Source: a virus
IMG/VR virus record: IMGVR_UViG_3300046457_000175
Coordinates: 55,290 to 119,289 of that record
Direction: 5' to 3' (one strand)
Length of the DNA: 64,000 nt
Made by a program: the position numbers and the translations under genes. The notes below the pieces were generated by a model. That model saw only the letters and a list, made by a program, of their open reading frames with translations, searched no databases and was not told where the DNA came from. This document shows, one piece after another, positions 42,898-50,777 of the stretch. Position 1 is the first letter of the stretch; every line of letters starts with the position of its first letter.

Positions 42898-42962
42898 CTC
42901 AGTGGTAGAGCAGCGGGGTCATAATCCGCATGTCGCAAGTTCAACTCTTGCCCCCGGCACCA
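42888..42962 (+). tRNA. tRNA-Met(CAT) (could be Ile2-type)
   Basis: Cloverleaf; loop GTCATAA; A73 and CCA; T4:C69 mismatch. Confidence 0.88.
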
Positions 42963-43117
42963 TCTACGGCTCCCCGATAGGCTCTGCCTGGGGGATGGAA
43001 AAAGGCGCACCGTATGGGCGCCGGCCGCATCTAAGCCGCAAGGCGCACGCTCCCCGCGTCCCGACGACTGGTCAGTCCGTCGCTTGAAGAAATCGGGTGG
43101 GGACAAATTCAACTTGC

Positions 43118-43190
43118 GTCGGTGAGCCCGCGGGGGTGGCCTGGTCTCCAAAACCAAGGTCCGAGGGTTCAACTCCCTACACCGGCGCCA
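43118..43190 (+). tRNA. tRNA-Trp(CCA) with atypical D arm
   Basis: Acceptor GTCGGTG/CACCGGC, loop CTCCAAA, G73, CCA. Confidence 0.78.
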
Positions 43191-43205
43191 ACATTCAGGA
43201 CCGTC

Positions 43206-43622
43206 ATGTTTTTCTCTATCCTGCTGGGCCTCGTGCCCAAGCTCGGGTCGTGGTTTGTCGACTATCTGGGTAAGCGGTCCGACAACGAACTCGAGAAAAT
43301 CAAGGCCACGATCGGCGGCGACGTCCAGCTGAACGTTGCCGAGCTGCGCTACAAAGTCGAGATCGCCCGGATGGCGGCCGACATGCGCAAGGACGATCGC
43401 GAGCACTGGTTCACCGCGTGGATGGTGCCGTGCGCCTTCTCGATCTTCATCATCCACATCGCCGCTGTCGTGTTCGATAGCATCCCTCTGTTCGGTCACG
43501 AGGTCGGAAGCTGGCAGGTCGCCAAGCTGCCGGGCCTGTATGCCGACATGCAGTACAACATCGTGATGACGATCTGCGGCGTCGCCGGGGTCGCGTCAAT
43601 CAAGAAGATTTTCTCCCGATGA
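43206..43622 (+). CDS. Holin-like membrane protein (3-TM/GTA-holin type)
   Basis: Amphipathic N-terminus, coiled segment, two TM helices, basic C-terminus. Confidence 0.55.
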   Translation: MFFSILLGLVPKLGSWFVDYLGKRSDNELEKIKATIGGDVQLNVAELRYKVEIARMAADMRKDDREHWFTAWMVPCAFSIFIIHIAAVVFDSIPLFGHEVGSWQVAKLPGLYADMQYNIVMTICGVAGVASIKKIFSR

Positions 43623-43954
43623 AAGCCATCACCGACTCCACCGCGGTCTCCGACGTATTCGAGGCCGGAAGGCCTGTGGTCATCAAGTTCGAAGCAAAGT
43701 GGTGTGCGCCATGCAAGGCAATGACTCCCGTCCTCCTCGACATCGAGAAGGAATACGGCCAGCGCGTTCCATTCTTCACGGCCAACGTGGAGCATTGCCA
43801 GAGCGTGGCACAGCTGCTGCAGGTCTCCCAAATCCCGGCTCTTTTGGTGGTCGCAAACAGAACAGTCCTGGCCAAGCGCGTCGGCTCCGCTTCCAAGCAG
43901 GAAATCGTGCAGTGGCTACGTCAGGCAATTCCAGGCCTAAGAGATGACCGCTGA
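43619..43954 (+). CDS. trxA: Thioredoxin
   Basis: FEAKWCAPCK active site, VSQIPALL. Confidence 0.9.
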   Translation: MKAITDSTAVSDVFEAGRPVVIKFEAKWCAPCKAMTPVLLDIEKEYGQRVPFFTANVEHCQSVAQLLQVSQIPALLVVANRTVLAKRVGSASKQEIVQWLRQAIPGLRDDR

Positions 43955-44174
43955 GCACAGGGAGAGGTTCGTCGTCGACTTCGAGTCGATGTCGATCGTC
44001 TACGAGGGCGGCTTCTCGGTTCCGATCGTCGGCATGATCGACCGGTTCGACATGGAAACCGACGACCCCGATGAAGCTGAGGAAATCCTCATCAAGATGC
44101 CGCCCGATGGGTTGGTCTTCGTCATGCTGATGGACGACATCAACGCGGTGATCGACCGCACCGGAACGGCCTAA
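43944..44174 (+). CDS. Acidic hypothetical protein
   Basis: ORF track, in operon. Confidence 0.65.
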   Translation: MTAEHRERFVVDFESMSIVYEGGFSVPIVGMIDRFDMETDDPDEAEEILIKMPPDGLVFVMLMDDINAVIDRTGTA

Positions 44175-44192
44175 CAAACAAGAAGAAGAACA

Positions 44193-44750
44193 ATGACCGA
44201 TTTACCGCCGCGTCGCCGAGGACGGCCGACGAATGAGGAGAAGGCTGCCCGCGAGGCTGCAGTCAAGGCGAAGTCCGAAAAGGACGCTCAGGAAACTGAG
44301 TTCCTGGACGATGTTCTCGCCCAACCAATCAAGCGCCGCGCCCCGCAGGCGAGGATCCAGCCGGACGACGAAACGCTCCGCACCATCGGCGAGCTTGGCA
44401 AGTTGTTCTGTACCCAAGAGGAAGTTGCCGCGGTGCTCGGCGTGTCCCGGCGGACATTCCAGACGTTCATCTCGGAGTGCCAAGAGGCTCGTGACGTTTG
44501 GGATGACGGCCTGATGCACGCCAAGGTCTCGCTGCGCCGCAAGCAGCTCGCGCTCGCCGACAAGAACGCGCCGGCCGCGATCTTCCTCGGCAAGAACTAC
44601 CTCGGCCAGAAGGACGAGAGCACCACCAACATGAACATCTCCAAGCCCGTCGCGGAAATGAGCGAAGCGGAGCTGATGGAAATCGCCATGCGCAAGTCTG
44701 GCTCGGCGCCGCCGTCCAAGCCTGAGACCAAGACGGAGCGCGTCCACTGA
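44193..44750 (+). CDS. terS: Terminase small subunit-like HTH protein
   Basis: CTQEEVAAVLGVSRRTF HTH; AAIFLGKNYLGQKD. Confidence 0.75.
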   Translation: MTDLPPRRRGRPTNEEKAAREAAVKAKSEKDAQETEFLDDVLAQPIKRRAPQARIQPDDETLRTIGELGKLFCTQEEVAAVLGVSRRTFQTFISECQEARDVWDDGLMHAKVSLRRKQLALADKNAPAAIFLGKNYLGQKDESTTNMNISKPVAEMSEAELMEIAMRKSGSAPPSKPETKTERVH

Positions 44751-44769
44751 CAATGCAAGGGACTGACCG

Positions 44770-45681
44770 ATGATCAAAGACCAGAAGCGGTCCCGCGCAA
44801 TGATCGAGGATATCCGAAGACAACGCCAGGGGGTGATTGAGCAACGCCTTTGGCAGTCGAAAAACTTCTCTGAGGGCAAGCGTGAGGTTCCGGTTGATCC
44901 GGCGCCCGCGCCTGCACCGGAGTCGGAGCTACCCGAACCAGACCTCGTCGAGGTCGAACCACCGAAAGAGGAAAAATTCACCATGGGTCTCCCCCATCTC
45001 GTTATCGTCGGCGCTGACAAAGGCGGCGTTGGCAAGACCACCGTTTCTGACACCGTTCTCGGCTACTTCGCCGCACAGGGCGTGGACGCTCGCGCGATCG
45101 ACACCCAGATGCCCGCTGGCAATCTGATCCGCCGCTACCCCGCCGTCACCGAGGTTATCGACCTGGCCAGCTCAGACGGCCAGATCAAGGTCTTCGACTC
45201 TCTTGGCAAACATGCCGTCACCGTGATCGACATCCAGGCGGGCTTGCTCTCGCCGACGCTGACCCTGCTCAGCGAGATCGGTCTGCTGTCCATGGTCCAG
45301 GACGGCAAGATGAATGTGACCGTGATGCACGTCATCGGCAGCACGGTGCAGTCGCTCAGCGAGATCGAAGGCGCCGCCAAGATCATCGCCGGCTCGCGCC
45401 ACTTCATCGTCAAGAACCACTCGAACGACGCCGCGTTCTTCGACGGCCTCAACGTGTCGACCGAAGCTCTGAAGATCGGCACAGCTCTGATCGACATCCC
45501 GAAGCTCGACCCCCGCGCCACCGAGTACGTGGACGCCGCAGTCGAGAAGGGCCTGACCGACGCGACCTCATTCGCCGGCTACGCCAAGAGCGGAGACTCC
45601 TTCGTGATGAAGGGCAAGGTCGGTCACTGGCTGAAGGGCGTGTTCGCCCAATACGATACGGCCAAGCTGAACATCGCTTAA
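44770..45681 (+). CDS. ParA/MinD-like P-loop ATPase (second in-frame start at 44983)
   Basis: VGADKGGVGKTT deviant Walker A; resembles a conserved Bradyrhizobiaceae protein. Confidence 0.8.
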   Translation: MIKDQKRSRAMIEDIRRQRQGVIEQRLWQSKNFSEGKREVPVDPAPAPAPESELPEPDLVEVEPPKEEKFTMGLPHLVIVGADKGGVGKTTVSDTVLGYFAAQGVDARAIDTQMPAGNLIRRYPAVTEVIDLASSDGQIKVFDSLGKHAVTVIDIQAGLLSPTLTLLSEIGLLSMVQDGKMNVTVMHVIGSTVQSLSEIEGAAKIIAGSRHFIVKNHSNDAAFFDGLNVSTEALKIGTALIDIPKLDPRATEYVDAAVEKGLTDATSFAGYAKSGDSFVMKGKVGHWLKGVFAQYDTAKLNIA

Positions 45682-45711
45682 GCCTTAACGAGAACAAGCC
45701 CCCTGACGGGA

Positions 45712-45877
45712 TCGACCGCGGCAGCCGGAAGCGCAAGTTACCCGGTGGCGGTCGACCGCAACACCAAGTCCTGAATTAACAGGACGATCCGCTAGGCCAG
45801 CGGGCGTGGGGTCCTCCTTTTCGCGCTTCGGCGCACGCACGGGTGAAAGCCCGTGGGCTGCTCCTGTGGGACAGCCC
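45712..45877 (+). ncRNA. Candidate structured ncRNA/hairpin array upstream of tRNA-Cys
   Basis: Six adjacent hairpins including GCGC-TTCG-GCGC and CACGGG-TGAAAG-CCCGTG. Confidence 0.5.
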
Positions 45878-45884
45878 TCAAACT

Positions 45885-45958
45885 GACGCGGTGGCCGAGC
45901 GGCCAGGCAGCGGATTGCAACCCCGCGGAGGCTGGTTCGACTCCGGCCCGCGTCTCCA
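45885..45958 (+). tRNA. tRNA-Cys(GCA)
   Basis: 74-nt cloverleaf, U73, CCA. Confidence 0.93.
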
Positions 45959-45989
45959 GTCACACCCAACAACAAGAAGAACAAAGAGC

Positions 45990-46211
45990 ATGTCAACGCT
46001 GACGACGCAGTACCAAAAGATGCAGATCGACGACGCCCGACTGATCACCGTGTCTGACCTGGTTCAGGGCACGGATGGCGTCTGGGTTCGCACCATCCGC
46101 TTCTATGGCGATCCCATCACCAACGGCGCGCCCACTGCGTTCGCCGAGATCGTGATGCGCTCTGACAACCAGGTGGACCTGGAGATCCAGGCCCCGGGCT
46201 TCAAGTACTGA
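45990..46211 (+). CDS. Hypothetical protein (73 aa)
   Basis: MSTLTTQYQ start. Confidence 0.7.
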   Translation: MSTLTTQYQKMQIDDARLITVSDLVQGTDGVWVRTIRFYGDPITNGAPTAFAEIVMRSDNQVDLEIQAPGFKY

Positions 46212-46294
46212 TCCTTTTTCACTCTGGTCGAGTTGCCGCTTCGGGGGCATTAGCGCGCAGCGCCTCGACCGGAGTCTAAACTCCGGAAATCATT

Positions 46295-47758
46295 GTGAAC
46301 GACCTAATCGACGTGTCCCCTGAGGATGCGGCGGCCGAAATCCTGCGTCGTAGGAGGGGCCGCGAACGCCTCATCCCCTTCACAGAATACACGCTACCCA
46401 AATACAAGGCTGACCCCTTCCACAATCTCGTTGCCGACAAGCTTGAGGCCGTCGAGCGCGGCGAGATCAAGCGGCTGATGCTGTTCGCTCCGCCGCGGCA
46501 CGGCAAGTCGGAACTGTCGACCAGGCGTTTCCCGGCCTACTTCATGGCCAGGAACCCAGACAAGAACGTGATCTCGGCGTCGTACAACGGCGACTTCGCG
46601 ACCACGTTCGGACGCGACGTCCGCAACATCGTCAAGGGCAAGGAGTTCGCGACACTCTTTCCGGACACCAAGATCCGCAGCGACAACCGCGCTGCTGACG
46701 AGTGGGAGCTGGAGCAGGGCGGCAAATACTTCGCGGTCGGCGTCGGCACCGGCACCACTGGTAAGGGCGCCCATCTCTTCCTGATCGACGATCCGATCAA
46801 GGACCGCAAAGAGGTCAACTCCGCCAACTTCCGTCAGGACCAGTGGGACTGGTACCGCGACGTCGTCTACACCCGTCTGGAAGAGGACGCCGCAATCGTC
46901 CTCACGCTGACGCGGTGGCACTACGACGACATCGCCGGTCGCCTCATCGAGCTGATGAACGACAAGAAGGGTCTCCCATGGGAAATCCTGTATCTGCCGG
47001 CGCTGCCCTACACCACGAAGATCAAACGCGAAGATGGCACTGAAGATCTGATCCTCAACGAGGACGGTACGGTCCCCGGTGATCCTCTCGGCCGAAAGCC
47101 GAAGGAGCCGCTCGCGCCGCGACGCTTCTCCTACAACGCGCTGATGGACCGCCAGGACGTTCTTGGCGAGAGGTCATTCGCTGCGCTGTATCAGCAGAAG
47201 CCGATGGCTGACGACGGCGGCATGTTCAACGCCGCGTGGTTCGAGAACCCGGCTGAGCTGCCCGCCAAGCGTGTCCGCGTGCGTGCGTGGGATTTGGCGG
47301 CATCAGCTGATGGCGACTACACGGTCGGCGTCCTGATGTCGAAGGACTCCAACGGCATCTTCTACATCGAGAACGTGGTCCGCATGCGCGGCACCCCACT
47401 CGAAGTCGAGAAACTGATCTTCGACACCGCCAAGAACGACGGCCGGTCTGTCCAGATCATCCTCCCGCAAGACCCTGGCCAGGCTGGCAAAGCCCAGGTG
47501 CAGAGCTTCATTCGCCGGCTCGCCGGCTACATCGTCAAGGCCGTCCGCCCTACCGGACCGAAGGAAACCCGTGCTGCCGCATTCGCTGCGCAGTGCGAGG
47601 CAAAGAACGTGAAGATGGTGAAGGCTCGTTGGAACGACTGTTTCACCGATGAGCTGGAGACGTTTCCGCTTGGTGTCAATGACGACCAAGTGGATGCAGC
47701 CGCCGACGCATTCAACGCACTCCTCGGTCCGCGCAAGGCCGCGGTCCTTGACTGGTAA
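46295..47758 (+). CDS. terL: Terminase large subunit
   Basis: APPRHGKSEL Walker A, LFLIDDP Walker B, RAWDLA, DDQVDA nuclease motif. Confidence 0.97.
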   Translation: MNDLIDVSPEDAAAEILRRRRGRERLIPFTEYTLPKYKADPFHNLVADKLEAVERGEIKRLMLFAPPRHGKSELSTRRFPAYFMARNPDKNVISASYNGDFATTFGRDVRNIVKGKEFATLFPDTKIRSDNRAADEWELEQGGKYFAVGVGTGTTGKGAHLFLIDDPIKDRKEVNSANFRQDQWDWYRDVVYTRLEEDAAIVLTLTRWHYDDIAGRLIELMNDKKGLPWEILYLPALPYTTKIKREDGTEDLILNEDGTVPGDPLGRKPKEPLAPRRFSYNALMDRQDVLGERSFAALYQQKPMADDGGMFNAAWFENPAELPAKRVRVRAWDLAASADGDYTVGVLMSKDSNGIFYIENVVRMRGTPLEVEKLIFDTAKNDGRSVQIILPQDPGQAGKAQVQSFIRRLAGYIVKAVRPTGPKETRAAAFAAQCEAKNVKMVKARWNDCFTDELETFPLGVNDDQVDAAADAFNALLGPRKAAVLDW

Positions 47759-47778
47759 CGTCAGGACCACCCCGCCAA

Positions 47779-49392
47779 ATGGCTGCTACCCAACAGATCA
47801 AATACACCCCGTCCCCCAAGACGGGTAACCCCGGCATTTTGTCTTCGGCTGCCGACACGATGCAGACGCGGACCGCCATGCTGCGTGCCGTCTATGGCGG
47901 CACCGAGACCATGCGTGCAAAGGGCGCAGAGTTCCTTCCGCAGTACGAGAAGGAGTCGGACACCCGATACGCTGCGCGCCTGGCTTCGACCTTCGCGTTG
48001 AACAAGCTGCGTGAGGCCGTCGACGCGGCGTCGGCGAAGCCGTTCCGCACGCTGCTCAAGCTGGTCGACAACACCGACCAGAACCTCGACGCCTGGGTGC
48101 AGGACATCGACTTGCAGGGCAATCACCTGCACGTCTTTGCCCACCAATTCTTCAACAACGCTCTGCTCGACGGCATGTGCCACATCATGGTGGACCATCC
48201 GGATACCTACAACATGAAGAGCCTCGCCGATCAGAAGGCGTCCGGCGCTCGCCCGTTCATGAAGATGTACAAGGTCGACGATGTGGCCGCTGCCTATGAC
48301 ATGTATGTCGGCGGCGACACCAAGACCGTCCACGTCCGCATCCGCAGCCAGCGCGCTGACCGCGAGGGCTTCAAGGAGGTCCTCTACAATCAGATCCGAG
48401 TGATCGAGATTGACCCCGGAAAGACGTCCGGCATCGTGCAGCTCTGGGAGCAGAAGGCTACCTCGGGTGGTTCGAACTGGGACTTCGTCGAAGAGACCCC
48501 TCTGCCGAACATGGCGGAAGTGCCGTTCGTGACCATGTTTGCCGGTGAAAAGGAAGCCGACTATCAGGTCCGGCCGACCTTCATCGATCTCGCCTACAAG
48601 CAGATCGAGCACTGGATCTCTTCCTCGGACCAACGTTCGATCCTCTCGGCTGCGCGCTTCCCGATGCTCGCTTGCTCGGGCGTGCAGATCGACCCCGATG
48701 AAGAGTCGCAGTTCGCGATCGGACCGTACAAGGTGCTCTACTCGCCGGAGGCCAATGGTCGCTGGTATTACGTCGAGCCCCGCGGCACGGCGATCGAGAG
48801 CGGCTTCAAGGATCTCGACCGGCTCGAAATGCAGATGGACATGATGGCGCTCAACCCGGTCACGGGCACGCACCGTCAGTACGTTCCGCAGAACGAGCGA
48901 GACATCCAGGAGACCCGCGTTCACTCGGTCGTCCACGACTTGGCGATCGGCTGCCAGGACGCGCTCGAACGCTGCATCCAGTTCATGGGGCAGTGGACTG
49001 GCTCCGACTACAGCCAGGTCAAGGCCATCCTGAACACCGAGTTCTCGAACACAAAGGACCGCCTGCTCGAAGTCGCTCAGCTGGTCAAAATGTGGGAGGA
49101 GCGCGGTCTGTCCCGTGAAGTGCTGCTCACCGAGGTTCGCAATCGCAACCTCTTGGGCGACGACTTCAATCTGCAGGACGAGCTGGCATTCTGGAAGGTC
49201 GTCGACGAGGCGAATATGTCCGCGGCGGACGGCATGCTGCCCGGCCGGTGGACCCAGGCCGACCCGACGAAGGAGCCGGCTGGCGGATCGACACCCGCGA
49301 CCCCTGCAAATGCAAAGGGCACCGGAACTCCGGCCGCTCCCAAGACGTTCGACTTCCCGAACGGCCAGACCCGGCCCACGAAGCAGATCTAG
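47779..49392 (+). CDS. Portal protein (DUF4055-like)
   Basis: Follows terL; YGGTETMR..G.EFLPQY.KES...Y..RL. Confidence 0.9.
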   Translation: MAATQQIKYTPSPKTGNPGILSSAADTMQTRTAMLRAVYGGTETMRAKGAEFLPQYEKESDTRYAARLASTFALNKLREAVDAASAKPFRTLLKLVDNTDQNLDAWVQDIDLQGNHLHVFAHQFFNNALLDGMCHIMVDHPDTYNMKSLADQKASGARPFMKMYKVDDVAAAYDMYVGGDTKTVHVRIRSQRADREGFKEVLYNQIRVIEIDPGKTSGIVQLWEQKATSGGSNWDFVEETPLPNMAEVPFVTMFAGEKEADYQVRPTFIDLAYKQIEHWISSSDQRSILSAARFPMLACSGVQIDPDEESQFAIGPYKVLYSPEANGRWYYVEPRGTAIESGFKDLDRLEMQMDMMALNPVTGTHRQYVPQNERDIQETRVHSVVHDLAIGCQDALERCIQFMGQWTGSDYSQVKAILNTEFSNTKDRLLEVAQLVKMWEERGLSREVLLTEVRNRNLLGDDFNLQDELAFWKVVDEANMSAADGMLPGRWTQADPTKEPAGGSTPATPANAKGTGTPAAPKTFDFPNGQTRPTKQI

Positions 49393-49471
49393 CTTCGTTT
49401 CCACCAAGTTTGCACTGCGAAAGCAAATATCGTTGACTCAGTGCAAACGATCATGCTACCAGCCCCGTCCC

Positions 49472-49747
49472 ATGGCCGACCTGACCCTGAAGCTCGAAGC
49501 GACCGAATACCGGTGCGAACCCTGCACGTTGCAGCAGGGCACGCCCGTGCGGGAACTCGTGCGGATGATCCCCAAGTCGGTTGTGGTTTTCGGGAAGCTG
49601 GTAGGGCCGGAGTATTTCTGTTGCCCGATCTGCTTCGAGCCCAAGTTCGACGTGAAGACGAGGAAGCCGGTCAGTGCAAAAGCCAAGGTGGCAGAGGATT
49701 CTGGAGCTGGAGGACGCGGCAAGGAACGGATCCATGTCGTCAAGTGA
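49472..49747 (+). CDS. Small Zn-ribbon protein (91 aa)
   Basis: CEPC...CPIC. Confidence 0.6.
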   Translation: MADLTLKLEATEYRCEPCTLQQGTPVRELVRMIPKSVVVFGKLVGPEYFCCPICFEPKFDVKTRKPVSAKAKVAEDSGAGGRGKERIHVVK

Positions 49748-49760
49748 CATCCCCCCGCCG

Positions 49761-49898
49761 ATGCCGGCTCAGTCGCTTGCGCCGCAGACCGATCCCGTCG
49801 TTCGTCTGGCGGCTAAGGTCTACCTGGCCCAAGCTCTGGCTCCTGTCATAACGCTGGTCCTGGTCGCGGGCTTAGTGATCTGGTTCCTCCGCTCCTGA
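49761..49898 (+). CDS. Membrane microprotein
   Basis: C-terminal TM VITLVLVAGLVIWFL. Confidence 0.45.
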   Translation: MPAQSLAPQTDPVVRLAAKVYLAQALAPVITLVLVAGLVIWFLRS

Positions 49899-49940
49899 AG
49901 GGGCCGAACCGGCCCATTTGCATTTTCTTGAAGAGAGGGG

Positions 49941-49969
49941 TTGACAGAAGGGGGGTACCTGTGCTTAAT
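49941..49969 (+). promoter_or_regulatory. Sigma70-like promoter TTGACA-N17-CTTAAT
   Basis: Near-duplicate of the 30857 promoter. Confidence 0.65.
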
Positions 49970-49972
49970 CAT

Positions 49973-49987
49973 TTGCTTGAATGCAAA
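49973..49987 (+). promoter_or_regulatory. Operator-like motif TTGCTTGAATGCAAA
   Basis: Exact copy over predicted transcription start. Confidence 0.7.
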
Positions 49988-49997
49988 TGGAGTGACC

Positions 49998-50291
49998 GTG
50001 AAGCTCTTCACCCGCCGCAGCGCCCTCGCCGAAGCATTTCACCTGCCTCTTTGGGGTCAGGCGGCTGAGGAGGTTCCGCCACATTGGCTGATCTCGCGAC
50101 TGCAAACGGGTGATCTGGCGATCAATCGCCTGGGCGGCATGACCATGCACACGCAGTGGGGTGTGCAAGAGAGCGCCGCAGGAGACTACGTGCTCCTGTT
50201 TGCCGACAATTCCATCGGGTTCGAAAAGCCCGAGACGTTCGAACGAGACTTCGAACCCTTCACGTCCGAGCAGCTCAAAGCCGCCGCGTGA
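49998..50291 (+). CDS. Hypothetical protein (97 aa)
   Basis: GGAG RBS, GTG start; GDYVLL....IGFEKPETFERDFE. Confidence 0.7.
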   Translation: MKLFTRRSALAEAFHLPLWGQAAEEVPPHWLISRLQTGDLAINRLGGMTMHTQWGVQESAAGDYVLLFADNSIGFEKPETFERDFEPFTSEQLKAAA

Positions 50292-50336
50292 CCACACACT
50301 GACAGCACCGTCGCAAGGCGCTGCTTCCCCTACAGA

Positions 50337-50371
50337 GCCCGCTCAGGACCGTCCTGGGCGGGTTTTTCTTT
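50337..50371 (+). terminator. Rho-independent terminator
   Basis: GCCCGCTCAGG-ACCGT-CCTGGGCGGGT followed by T-tract. Confidence 0.85.
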
Positions 50372-50529
50372 GGGCCTGCGCCTTCGTGGCTGCGGCCGAG
50401 AACCCTATCCAATCGCGCTCCCACTTCGGTAGAGCGCGGTTTCAGCGGTCTCAGTTCGCATCCCGCACAAGACGAACAGAGATACCGAAGAGCGCGCCGC
50501 ACGCCCGCGCCACCGCTGAACAATTCCTT

Positions 50530-50605
50530 TGGAGAGTAGCCAAGTAGGTAAGGCAGCGCACTGTTACTGCGCCTACCGCAGGTTCGAATCCTGCCTCTTC
50601 AGCCA
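50530..50605 (+). tRNA. tRNA-Asn(GTT)
   Basis: 76-nt cloverleaf, loop CTGTTAC, G73, CCA. Confidence 0.92.
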
Positions 50606-50638
50606 CCAACACCAATTCGCCAGCAATGACCAACCGAC

Positions 50639-50776
50639 GCCGGGACGGCTTCGGACGGTCGCTGCCGGCAACTCTGATTCCCCGAGTCCTCGGGGATATC
50701 ACCGGCCCACCAGGCGGGACGCTTGGACGGGCCTTTTATCACGAGGGGCGGGATGCCCCGCATTTCCCGGGATGGG
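50639..50776 (+). promoter_or_regulatory. Four GGGAY-loop hairpins in the scaffold mRNA leader
   Basis: GCC-GGGAC-GGC, GGC-GGGAC-GCT, GGGGC-GGGAT-GCCCC, CCC-GGGAT-GGG. Confidence 0.6.
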
Positions 50777-50777
50777 T

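Noticed and set aside
42960-43040. Assignment as a canonical HDV/theta ribozyme
   Set aside because: Lacks G1, the conserved L3 sequence and the P1.1 GG; kept only as an unassigned pseudoknot candidate
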